The translations under genes were made by a program, and so were the position numbers. The notes below the pieces were generated by a model. The model had not been told where the DNA came from and did no database searches. It saw nothing but the letters and a program-made list of their open reading frames with translations. A DNA stretch of 32,000 nucleotides from an uncultured Chloroflexia bacterium (GTDB lineage Bacteria > Chloroflexota > Ktedonobacteria > Ktedonobacterales > JADMIN01), in the NCBI GenBank assembly GCA_963718915.1, contig CAVRAI010000004.1, positions 90,001 to 122,000 of the forward strand, in the 5' to 3' direction. Shown piece after piece: positions 24,160 to 32,000 of this stretch; within the stretch, counting starts at the first letter, position 1, and each line of letters opens with the position of its first letter.

Positions 24160-25269
24160 TTACGACGAGGCGGTCTCTGACGTTTCAGAGCTTTCGCTGG
24201 GGAACTGCGCCTGAAGCTGGCCGATACCCTCGCTGATACGCTCAGGCAGGCGCGCGTCCGCCGTCTGCAGCGCCACCTGGATGGCGTTCTTGATCGCCTT
24301 GGCGTGCGAGCTGCCGTGGCAGATGACCGAGACGCCGTTGACGCCCAGCACCGGCACGCCGCCATACTCCTCATAATCAATCTTCTTGCGCACCCGGTCA
24401 AAAGCAGGTTTGGCGAGCAGTCCGCCCGCTTTGGAGATGACTCCCGACATCAGCTCGGCGCGGATGGTTCCCAGCAACATCTTGGCGAGACCCTCGCTGA
24501 GTTTGAGGACGACATTGCCCACAAAGCCGTCGCAGACCACGACATCCACCGTGCCCGCGTTGACATCGCGCCCTTCGACGTTGCCGATGAAGTTGATGCC
24601 CGCCGTTGGCGCCGCCGCCTTGATAAGCTGGTGCGCCTCCTGGGTCAGTTGGTTGCCCTTGGTCTCTTCTTCGCCATTCGCCAGCAAACCTACCCGCGGG
24701 CTTCCTATGCCCAGCACGCTGCGCATGTAGACCGCGCCCATCAGCGCGAACTGAAGCAGATATGGCGGTTTGCAGTCGGTGTTCGCGCCAACATCCAGGA
24801 CGAGGGTCTGGCTGCCGCCAGCCGCTGGCACCACCGCGCCGAACGCTGGACGGTCGATCCCGCGCAGTCGGCGGAAAGTGAAGATCGCGGCGGCCATCAC
24901 GGCGCCGCTATTCCCGGCGGAAACCGCGCCCAACGCCTTGCCGTCACGCACCAGTTGGTGCGAGAGCGTGATCGAGTTGCGCTTCTTGCTCCGCACTGCT
25001 TCGGCGGGATGCTCATCCATGCCAATGACTTCATCGGTGTGGACGATTTCGAGATCAAGCCCCGTGGTGTCCTGCTTCGCCAGTTCGGCGCGGATGGCAT
25101 CCCGCGGGCCGACGAGCAGCACCCCGACGCCATACTCGCGCGCCGCCTGGATTGCGCCCATCACCACCTCGGCCGGGGCGTGGTCGCCGCCCATCGCATC
25201 CAGTGCAACCCGCCGCCGCGCAGGGGTTGCGGGCGTTGTCGTCGCTGTCGTCTCAGCTGTCTCGGTCAC
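24160..25269 (-). CDS. plsX: Phosphate acyltransferase PlsX
   Basis: RVALDAMGGDHAP..., GVSVICHGSSHAKAI. GGAGGAG SD 5 nt before GTG 25269; the ORF-track ATG is at 25308. Confidence 0.93.
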   Translation of the reverse strand: MTETAETTATTTPATPARRRVALDAMGGDHAPAEVVMGAIQAAREYGVGVLLVGPRDAIRAELAKQDTTGLDLEIVHTDEVIGMDEHPAEAVRSKKRNSITLSHQLVRDGKALGAVSAGNSGAVMAAAIFTFRRLRGIDRPAFGAVVPAAGGSQTLVLDVGANTDCKPPYLLQFALMGAVYMRSVLGIGSPRVGLLANGEEETKGNQLTQEAHQLIKAAAPTAGINFIGNVEGRDVNAGTVDVVVCDGFVGNVVLKLSEGLAKMLLGTIRAELMSGVISKAGGLLAKPAFDRVRKKIDYEEYGGVPVLGVNGVSVICHGSSHAKAIKNAIQVALQTADARLPERISEGIGQLQAQFPSESSETSETASS

Positions 25270-25324
25270 GGGGACTCCTCCGGTGGCTGCAGGCTTCCAT
25301 CGACTCAAAATAGCTCAGTTTGGC

Positions 25325-25699
25325 TCAGGCAGCGCCAATAACGCCCTTGATGATCTGCAACAGGCGGTCGAGCTGGAAGGGCTTGATGACGATGTCCGCG
25401 ACGCCCAGCTGGTGATAACGCGCCAGGTCTTGTCGCGCATCGGCCTTCGCCGTCACGATGACGACCGGGATGCCGCGTGTCTCTGGGTTCATGTTGAGCA
25501 GGGTCAGCTCATCATCGCCCTCCAGATATGGCATCATCAGGTCGAGCAGAATCAGGTCCGGGTGATGTTCGCGCACGGCATCGTAAAAGCGGAGACTCTG
25601 GGTCGCCTTATAGGTTTCGTACCCCTCAGCGTCCAGCGCCTGCTTTAACATCTCTGCTACTGGTAACTCGTCGTCAGCGATTAGGATCTTCTTTGGCAT
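25325..25699 (-). CDS. Single-domain CheY-like response regulator receiver
   Basis: KILIADDE...PDLILLDLMMP...VVIVTAK...IKPF. No output domain. Confidence 0.9.
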   Translation of the reverse strand: MPKKILIADDELPVAEMLKQALDAEGYETYKATQSLRFYDAVREHHPDLILLDLMMPYLEGDDELTLLNMNPETRGIPVVIVTAKADARQDLARYHQLGVADIVIKPFQLDRLLQIIKGVIGAA

Positions 25700-25840
25700 G
25701 CGGCGTCCCCCGTCCTGGTCTCCGTAGCGGTCATACCGCGAGCGCGTACACCACCCGCGCTCCTTAGCTCACGTGCATAAAGTGAGCCAGGAATCTCCAC
25801 GACATGTAACTCGCGTGGGCGTATGACTTGCTGAGGCATT

Positions 25841-25887
25841 GTACCTCGTGGCCAGAGCAGGGGGCAATTCAAGCGGCCACGAGGTAC
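25841..25887 (-). terminator. 13-bp perfect hairpin downstream of rpe; possible terminator or processing site, no U-tract
   Basis: GTACCTCGTGGCC-21 nt-GGCCACGAGGTAC. Confidence 0.35.
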
Positions 25888-25953
25888 CCAAAAGTGCCGC
25901 TCATACACAAGCTGACAGCAAACCAAAGCACGCGCACTGGTTCGTCAGCGCGC

Positions 25954-26622
25954 CTACTCGACGGGTGCGTCGATGGCCTGGCGCAGCCGGCTGATGGCTG
26001 CCGCGACACCGTCTTTCTCGCCGTAGACCGCCGAGCCTGCCACCAGCACATTCGCGCCCGCCCTTACCGCGAGCGGCGCCGTCTCCGCGTGGATACCGCC
26101 GTCCACTTCCAGGTCGCAGTGCGCCCCATGCTGTTCGATCATCGCCCGCAGTCGCGTGATTTTGGGCAGGACGCTGCTGATAAACTGCTGGCCGCCAAAG
26201 CCGGGGTCAACGGTCATGCAGAGCACGAGGTCAACATCGTTAAGGATTTCTTGCAGCGTCGCCAGTGGCGTCGCCGGGTTGATCGCTACGCCCGCGCGCT
26301 TGCCCAGCTGCTTGATCTGTTCGACGGTGCGGTGGAGATGCGGCGAAGCCTCCTGATGAACGATGATAATGTCGGCGCCCGCCTGAGCGAAGTCGGCCAG
26401 ATAGCGCTCAGGCTCGACGATCATTAGATGCGCTTCCAGCGGCAACGTGGTGGCGCGACGGACAGCCTCCACCACCAGCGGGCCAACGGTGATGTTGGGG
26501 ACGAAGCGGCCATCCATCACGTCAATCTGCAGCCGGTCCGCCCCGCCAGACTGCGCCGCGGCGACCTGATCGCCCAAACACGTAAAGTCGGCGGAGAGAA
26601 TCGAAGGAACCACGAGCGCCAT
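25954..26622 (-). CDS. rpe: Ribulose-phosphate 3-epimerase
   Basis: PSILSADF...LQIDVMDGRFVPNITVGP...MTVDPGFGGQ. Confidence 0.95.
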   Translation of the reverse strand: MALVVPSILSADFTCLGDQVAAAQSGGADRLQIDVMDGRFVPNITVGPLVVEAVRRATTLPLEAHLMIVEPERYLADFAQAGADIIIVHQEASPHLHRTVEQIKQLGKRAGVAINPATPLATLQEILNDVDLVLCMTVDPGFGGQQFISSVLPKITRLRAMIEQHGAHCDLEVDGGIHAETAPLAVRAGANVLVAGSAVYGEKDGVAAAISRLRQAIDAPVE

Positions 26623-26651
26623 GTATTGCTCCTCTGGGTGTCCGAAAACGA

Positions 26652-27443
26652 TCAGGCTTGCCGCAATTTGGCCGCCGCCGCGCGATCTACCAGCCAGTGC
26701 AGAGCGCCATGGTCAGGCGCGATCAACTGTGATGGGTAGGTCTCAGGGTCGTGCGGGCCTTCGAGGACGGCGACGAGCGCGTCGGCTTTATCTGCCCCCG
26801 CGACCAGAAAGACGACGGCGGCGGCATTGTTGATGACGGGCACAGTGAAGGTGATGCGATTGGCGCTGAGCTTCGGCACGAAGTTCGCCGTGACCAGCCG
26901 GTCGCGCACGCGCAGCGCCTCGGTGTGTGGGAAAAGCGACGCGCAGTGGCCATCTGGCCCCATACCGAGCAGAATCAGATCGAAGTAGGGCAACTGGCCG
27001 GGCAGGACATTCATCTCGCGCCGGATATCGGCCTCGTACAGTTCCGCGACCATCGTCGGGTCGCCGCGCTCCGTCGGCACGCGATGCACCTGATCGGAGG
27101 TGACGGGCGCCTCGGCCAGCAGTGTCTCGCGCGCCATGCGATAGTTACTCTCGGGGTCGTCCGGTGGAACGAAGCGCTCATCGCTCCAGAAATATTGCAT
27201 GCTCTCCCAGTCAACCTGTTCGCGATAGGGCGGGGCCACGAGCACATGATGGAAGGCGCGCGGCGTTGAGCCACCGGAGAGCGCGATGTTGAAGTGCTCC
27301 CGTGGCAGGTCGGCGGCCTGCAACTGCACCAGCAGGTCGGCCGCCGCATGGGCCACGGCATCTAGATCGTCATAGACGCTGACGTGACTGCGCGCGTTGT
27401 TGCCATTGCCTGGGTTCCCTGTCGAACTATCCGCTGAACTCAC
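26652..27443 (-). CDS. pgl: 6-phosphogluconolactonase
   Basis: FNIALSGGSTP...YFWSDERFVPPDDPESNY...ILLGMGPDGHCASLFP. The GTG start overlaps the opcA stop (GTGA). Confidence 0.9.
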   Translation of the reverse strand: MSSADSSTGNPGNGNNARSHVSVYDDLDAVAHAAADLLVQLQAADLPREHFNIALSGGSTPRAFHHVLVAPPYREQVDWESMQYFWSDERFVPPDDPESNYRMARETLLAEAPVTSDQVHRVPTERGDPTMVAELYEADIRREMNVLPGQLPYFDLILLGMGPDGHCASLFPHTEALRVRDRLVTANFVPKLSANRITFTVPVINNAAAVVFLVAGADKADALVAVLEGPHDPETYPSQLIAPDHGALHWLVDRAAAAKLRQA

Positions 27444-28699
27444 GACCGCATCCTCCCTGGCGTCAGGCCACTGAGATGAGCCGCCGCGGTGAGCGCGCTC
27501 TCGTAGATCGCGTTGTGGGTCAACTGTTGCAACTGTTCCATCAACAGCGCCGACTCCCCAAGCGACGGCAGATGCACGGTCTGCGACGGCAAGACCTGAT
27601 CCGGCACATGGCTCAGTGTCGAGGCGTGGCGCATATCGCGCTCGCGCGCTACGACGAAGGTGCCTGCCCTGCTACCCGCGCGCGCATGCAGGTGAATGCT
27701 CATCAGCGCGCCAGGGCCGACACATGCTGGCCCCGCGCCTGGCCGCACACCCGATGCGCTCGCATCGATACTGGCTTCCTCCGGCACGATGTCATGCCAG
27801 CTCTTGATCGGCACTCCATAGCGCGCCGTCACCTCAACGACGATGGGCCGCCCGTCGGCGCTATAGAGGGTGTGCTGCCGCTCTTCGTCCATGCCAGAGC
27901 CGTGGGAGCCATGTTGCGTGCGCCAGTTGAGCCGCGAGGCCAGCCATCCCACAAAGAGGTAGGCCGCCGCGGGGTTTGGCTGAGTCTTCTCGTCGCCAGC
28001 GGCATATTCGACTGTCAGGCGATCAATACTATCGAGGTAGGGGCGGAGCGCGTCGGCGTCGAAGAAACCAGCAACTAGCTCGCGCCAGGGCTGCTGGCGG
28101 GTCCAGTTGAAATCGCTGAAGGCGCAGTTCGAGAGCTTGCGGCGGTCGATGTCATCCAGCGCGACCAGTCCATCCTCGCCGTGGGTCATCTCTGACGTAT
28201 CGACGATAATGCGGTCGCAGCCATCCACCATCGCCTCGAACTGCTCGGTGCGCCAGGGCGGCTCGCCGTTCCACCAGAGGAATGACGGCAGGCCGGAGAG
28301 AATCAGCGGCAGCACCGCGCCAGGCATGTGGCGCGCCGTGCCGTCACGCGCCTCGAGCACGATCTGCTCGCCATAGCTGCTGGCGCCGCCCTTGGTGCGC
28401 AGATAGCCGCCCACATAGGCTTCGATAGGCGCGCCCTCACGGGCATCGAGCGTCGTGACCAGAATGCAGCGTGAGGGATGTGTCGCGCTCATCGAATCAA
28501 TAGTTCTGAGCGCGCGTACCGCCTCATCCTCGCTCTGTGTGTAGGCCACCAGCGTCATCACGGCATTGCGCGAGGCGGGCACGCCGCCGCCGTTCAGTGT
28601 GTTGACATTAGTCTCGCGCCAGATAGCATCCAGCGCGCTTTCGATCTGATCAACCTCGACTTTGCGCCTTCCGGCCAGGAGGTCGTTGATCTCACTCAT
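27440..28699 (-). CDS. opcA: Glucose-6-phosphate dehydrogenase assembly protein OpcA
   Basis: Lies directly after zwf with an ATGA overlap. IESALDAIWRE...SRNAVMTLVAY...HPSRCILV...LPSFLWWNGEPPW fits the OpcA pattern. Confidence 0.85.
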   Translation of the reverse strand: MSEINDLLAGRRKVEVDQIESALDAIWRETNVNTLNGGGVPASRNAVMTLVAYTQSEDEAVRALRTIDSMSATHPSRCILVTTLDAREGAPIEAYVGGYLRTKGGASSYGEQIVLEARDGTARHMPGAVLPLILSGLPSFLWWNGEPPWRTEQFEAMVDGCDRIIVDTSEMTHGEDGLVALDDIDRRKLSNCAFSDFNWTRQQPWRELVAGFFDADALRPYLDSIDRLTVEYAAGDEKTQPNPAAAYLFVGWLASRLNWRTQHGSHGSGMDEERQHTLYSADGRPIVVEVTARYGVPIKSWHDIVPEEASIDASASGVRPGAGPACVGPGALMSIHLHARAGSRAGTFVVARERDMRHASTLSHVPDQVLPSQTVHLPSLGESALLMEQLQQLTHNAIYESALTAAAHLSGLTPGRMRS

Positions 28700-30246
28700 A
28701 ACCTTCTCCAGGTTCTACCATCGCGCTCGATGAGGTGGTCAGCCTCTTTTGGCCCCCAGGTTCCCGGCTCGTATTGAGTGAGCGCCGTACGCTCTTTGCT
28801 CCAGCCCGCGATGATGGTATCCACCAACTTCCAGGCGAGCAGCGTCTCATCGATCCGAGTAAAAAGGGTTGGATCGCCGAGCATGCAGTCCAGCAACAGA
28901 CGCTCATAGGCTTCAGGCGGCTCGACGCCGAACGAGCTGCCATAGAGGAAGTCCATGTTGACGGCACGCAGTTGCATTTCCTGACCCGGCGCCTTTGCCG
29001 TAAAGCGCAACGTTATCCCCTCATTGGGCTGTATGCGCAGCGAGAGCACATTTGCCTGAATCTCTTCCGCCCCGGTTCCTGAAAACAGCAGGTAGGGCGG
29101 TCGCTTGAACTGAATGGCGATCTCGGTGAGCCGCTTGGTCAGCCGCTTGCCGTGACGCAGATAGAATGGAACCCCGGCCCAGCGCCAGTTCTCAATGTTG
29201 AGCTTGAGCGCAACGTATGTCTCGGTATGCGAGTCGGGATGAACGTCTTTCTCCTGGCGGTAAGCTACCACCTTTTCGCCGCCCACATAGCCGGAGCCAT
29301 ACTGCCCGCGCACCGTATCTACCGTGATTTCGGCGTCGTGCAGCGGCGGAATGGCGCGCAGCACCTTCACTTTCTCGTCACGCACCGAGTCCGCGCCGAA
29401 GGTGACAGGTGGCTCCATCGCCGTCAGCGTCAGCAACTGCATCATGTGGTTCTGAATCATGTCACGGATGGCGCCCGCCTCTTCGTAGTAGTCGCCACGC
29501 CCGCCCACGCCGAGCGTCTCCGCCACGGTGATTTGGACATTATCGATGTAACGCCGATTCCAGATTGGCTCGAAGAAGCCGTTGCCGAAACGCAGCACCA
29601 TAATGTTCTGGACGGTCTCTTTGCCGAGATAGTGATCGATGCGGTAAATCTGCGATTCCGAAAAGCCTTTGTTCAGCTCGGTATTCAATTTCTGTGCGGA
29701 CTCGTAGTTATTCCCAAATGGTTTCTCGACGACGATGCGCGAGAAATTTGATCCCTGGTTCCTGCCGCGTTTTGCGACGCCCACTTTGTGCAGTAGGTCG
29801 CCGATGACGGGATAAAAGCTTGGCGGCGTGGCAAGATAGAAGAGGCGGTTACCCTCGGTGCCGCGCTCGCGATCCAGCCGATCCAGCAACTCGCTTAGCT
29901 TCTCATAACCTTGCGGGTCATCGAACTGTGATTGGCAGTAGAACAGCCCCTTGGAGAACGTATCCCAGACGGCGGGATTGACCGGCGTGCGCCGCGAGAA
30001 CTGGTTGATCGAATCCATAGCCTGCTGGCGAAACTCGTCATCGGTGAAGGGGCGCCGCGCCACGCCGACGACGCTGAACTGTGGCGGCAGCGGCTGCTCG
30101 ATGGCAAGGTTGTAGAGCGCCGGGAGCAACTTGCGATGGGTCAGGTCTCCGGTGGCGCCGAAGATCACGAGCACGCATGGCTGCACAGTACGGGCGCTAC
30201 GCATACCAGCGCGTAATGGATTCGAGGAGGTCGATGTCTCATTCAT
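28696..30246 (-). CDS. zwf: Glucose-6-phosphate 1-dehydrogenase
   Basis: LVIFGATGDLTHRKLLPALY, RIDHYLGKETVQN, and the C-terminal EAYERLLLD. Start at ATG 30246; the longer ORF-track N-terminus overlaps gnd and looks off-frame. Confidence 0.95.
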   Translation of the reverse strand: MNETSTSSNPLRAGMRSARTVQPCVLVIFGATGDLTHRKLLPALYNLAIEQPLPPQFSVVGVARRPFTDDEFRQQAMDSINQFSRRTPVNPAVWDTFSKGLFYCQSQFDDPQGYEKLSELLDRLDRERGTEGNRLFYLATPPSFYPVIGDLLHKVGVAKRGRNQGSNFSRIVVEKPFGNNYESAQKLNTELNKGFSESQIYRIDHYLGKETVQNIMVLRFGNGFFEPIWNRRYIDNVQITVAETLGVGGRGDYYEEAGAIRDMIQNHMMQLLTLTAMEPPVTFGADSVRDEKVKVLRAIPPLHDAEITVDTVRGQYGSGYVGGEKVVAYRQEKDVHPDSHTETYVALKLNIENWRWAGVPFYLRHGKRLTKRLTEIAIQFKRPPYLLFSGTGAEEIQANVLSLRIQPNEGITLRFTAKAPGQEMQLRAVNMDFLYGSSFGVEPPEAYERLLLDCMLGDPTLFTRIDETLLAWKLVDTIIAGWSKERTALTQYEPGTWGPKEADHLIERDGRTWRRL

Positions 30247-30343
30247 GATAGAACGCTTTCTTTGCTCTCGACAGACCACGCGCACGCCTCTACACATCCC
30301 ACCCTGAGGGGCGATGCAGGCCCCCCAGAGTGCGATGAGCAGA

Positions 30344-31285
30344 TTATTGGCCGTCAGGCTCCTGCCGCATGCCGCCCAGCTCGCCAGACTCGAACTTGAC
30401 CGCATGGCCGCCGAACTGGTTGCGGAGCGCTGCGATGACCTTCGCCGAGAACGAATCATCCTGCCGCGAGACGAACCGCTGGAGCAGCGAGAGCGTGATG
30501 ACCGGCGCGGGCACATCCTCGTCAATGGCCGCCTGCACCGTCCAGCGTCCCTCGCCGGAGTCCTGCACGTACCCTCTGATATTGGCAAGCTGCGGATCGT
30601 CGGCGAAGGCCAACGCGGCCAGGTCAAGCAGCCACGAACGGACGACGCTGCCATTCTGCCAGACGCGCGTCACCTCGCGCAGGTCAGGCTTGAACTGCGA
30701 CTTCTCGATGATCTCGAAGCCTTCGCCATATGCCTGAAGCATGCCGTACTCGATGCCGTTATGCACCATCTTGACGAAGTGGCCCGCGCCCGATGCCCCC
30801 ATGTAGCCGTAGCCGTTGGGGGGCGCCAGTGTCTTGAAGATAGGCTCGCAGTGGTCGTAGGTGGACTTCTCGCCGCCAACCATCAGGCTGTAGCCCTCTT
30901 TCAGCCCCCAGATGCCACCGCTGGTGCCGCAATCCATATAGTGCATACCAGCCGCCGTCACCTCCTGGGCGCGCCGCATCGTATCGTGAAAGTTGGAGTT
31001 GCCGCCGTCGATGATAATGTCGCCGGTCTTGAGCAGCCCCATGATGTGATGCAATGTGTCGTCGGTCACCTGGCCGGACGGCACCATCATCCAGACAATA
31101 CGCGGAGACTCTTGCAGTTTCGAGACCATCTCTTCGATAGTGAACGCTGGAATGGCGCCAGCCGCCTCCGCCTCGTTGACTGGCCCTGGGCTGCGATTCG
31201 CCGCGACGACACGGTGGCCGCCGCGCACCAGGCGCACCGTCATGTTAGCGCCCATCCGGCCCAGGCCATAGATACCCAACTCCAT
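30344..31285 (-). CDS. gnd: 6-phosphogluconate dehydrogenase (decarboxylating), short form
   Basis: MELGIYGLGRMGANMTVRL (Rossmann), GGNSNF, GTSGGIWG, GAGHFVKMVHNGIEYG. Confidence 0.9.
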   Translation of the reverse strand: MELGIYGLGRMGANMTVRLVRGGHRVVAANRSPGPVNEAEAAGAIPAFTIEEMVSKLQESPRIVWMMVPSGQVTDDTLHHIMGLLKTGDIIIDGGNSNFHDTMRRAQEVTAAGMHYMDCGTSGGIWGLKEGYSLMVGGEKSTYDHCEPIFKTLAPPNGYGYMGASGAGHFVKMVHNGIEYGMLQAYGEGFEIIEKSQFKPDLREVTRVWQNGSVVRSWLLDLAALAFADDPQLANIRGYVQDSGEGRWTVQAAIDEDVPAPVITLSLLQRFVSRQDDSFSAKVIAALRNQFGGHAVKFESGELGGMRQEPDGQ

Positions 31286-31359
31286 CGGATCTTCCTCCTC
31301 GTAAATTCAGTAAGTAGTACGCGCCCTGGATACTTGCTTGTACGACAGGGCGACCGCTG

Positions 31360-32000
31360 CTATGCGACCGTCGCCGCTTCGAGCGCCTGAAGCACTTCTC
31401 CCAGACCACCGGCAATGCCCGTGCCAAGATCAATGCGCATCACACGCCGGTCATGCGCCTCCAGCGATTGGAGATCGCCCAGCGCCTGCGCCTGCTTGAG
31501 CACGCCGAAAGTATATGGCTCGTCGGGAATCGGCACATCGACGGTATCGGTCGCGACGAACTGCAAGAAGACGCCGGTATTGGATCCGCCTTTATGCTCC
31601 TGTCCAGTCGAATGCTGGAATCGCGGCCCGTAGCCGAGGGTGGTCGCGACACGGCGCAGGTCACGCAGCCGCAGCCGGATCGCCTCAAGCGCCTGGTGTG
31701 TCTCCGGGGTGCGCTCGATATACGCCAGCAAGGCGATATAGTCGCCCGCGCCCGCCTGCCGCGCGATGATCTCCATCGCCGCCTGGAGCGAGACGGACTC
31801 ACGCAACCGCTGCGCCACCTCACCGCTGGCTACCAGCGAGACATTGCGAGACTGCGTCTGCAAGACGGCGCGGGGAGCGGGAATCATCTTTGTCTGCACG
31901 TATTCTTTCAGGATACGGTCGGTATTGTCCTTCGATTCCTGCACATTAGGCTGGTCGAAAGCGTTGATGCCGAGGAACGCGCCCGCGATGGCCGTCGCGA
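31360..32000 (-). CDS. pgi: Glucose-6-phosphate isomerase, C-terminal part; possibly the bifunctional transaldolase/PGI type; runs off the right edge
   Basis: The frame is open to the window end: ...ATAIAGAFLGINAFDQPNVQESKDNT... then LGYGPRFQHSTGQEHKGG. The ORF-track start at 31944 is an internal GTG. Confidence 0.8.
   Translation of the reverse strand, partial: ATAIAGAFLGINAFDQPNVQESKDNTDRILKEYVQTKMIPAPRAVLQTQSRNVSLVASGEVAQRLRESVSLQAAMEIIARQAGAGDYIALLAYIERTPETHQALEAIRLRLRDLRRVATTLGYGPRFQHSTGQEHKGGSNTGVFLQFVATDTVDVPIPDEPYTFGVLKQAQALGDLQSLEAHDRRVMRIDLGTGIAGGLGEVLQALEAATVA

Noticed and set aside
24304-25341. Long plus-strand ORF (345 aa) antisense to plsX. Similar long antisense ORFs occur at 8245..9138, 17750..18661 and 30314..31390.
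   Set aside because: These are typical high-GC shadow ORFs opposite well-supported genes. Their products are Arg/Ala/Gly-rich with no motifs, and no SD or promoter is evident.
28696-30654. ORF-track N-terminal extensions: zwf to 30654, the exporter from 10060, the methyltransferase to 16506 and clpP to 17387.
   Set aside because: The extensions are Arg/Cys-rich off-frame-looking sequence that overlaps neighbouring genes or repeats. Internal starts with good SD sequences and homologous N-termini are preferred.

Overview
This is a 32-kb high-GC bacterial chromosomal window, above 60% GC by eye (not computed). An OpcA-containing pentose-phosphate operon, many Ser/Thr signalling genes and GC-rich palindromic intergenic repeats suggest a Chloroflexota- or Actinobacteria-like host; this is inference only. 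I find about 30 protein genes, mostly on the minus strand, and no rRNA, tRNA, CRISPR array or intact transposase. Gene order, left to right: (1) A five-gene minus-strand Ser/Thr signalling operon at 1-5470: PP2C, a Hanks kinase with Zn-ribbon and TPR, an acidic Zn-ribbon protein, a Zn-ribbon PP2C, and a VWA protein. (2) rplU-rpmA. (3) An esterase lipoprotein. (4) A bacterial eRF1/Pelota-like (baeRF1-type) protein. (5) A frameshifted GNAT gene and an RhtA-like exporter. (6) An AT-richer accessory island with a twice-frameshifted TIR-domain gene and a 2-TM coiled-coil gene. A near-consensus sigma70 promoter follows, overlapped by a perfect AGAAC-N4-GTTCT (LexA/Cheo-type) box, driving an RHH-like gene; then a COG3981-like GNAT. 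(7) A SAM methyltransferase, clpP, citrate synthase, an OmpR/HK pair, a hypothetical gene, class I aldolase fbaB, two small hypotheticals, plsX and a CheY-like receiver. (8) The oxidative pentose-phosphate operon pgi-gnd-zwf-opcA-pgl-rpe, transcribed right to left. Non-coding highlights are two families of GC-rich hairpin repeats at gene junctions, an inverted-repeat-bounded 180-bp element with mutually exclusive hairpins, a 337-bp repeat-rich insert flanked by 13-bp direct repeats, and a 9-bp x6 tandem repeat read in two frames by overlapping ORFs. Five apparent gene disruptions all need the same +1 correction. That may reflect assembly indel errors rather than biology. All calls rest on reading the sequence and recognising motifs from memory; no database search was run.
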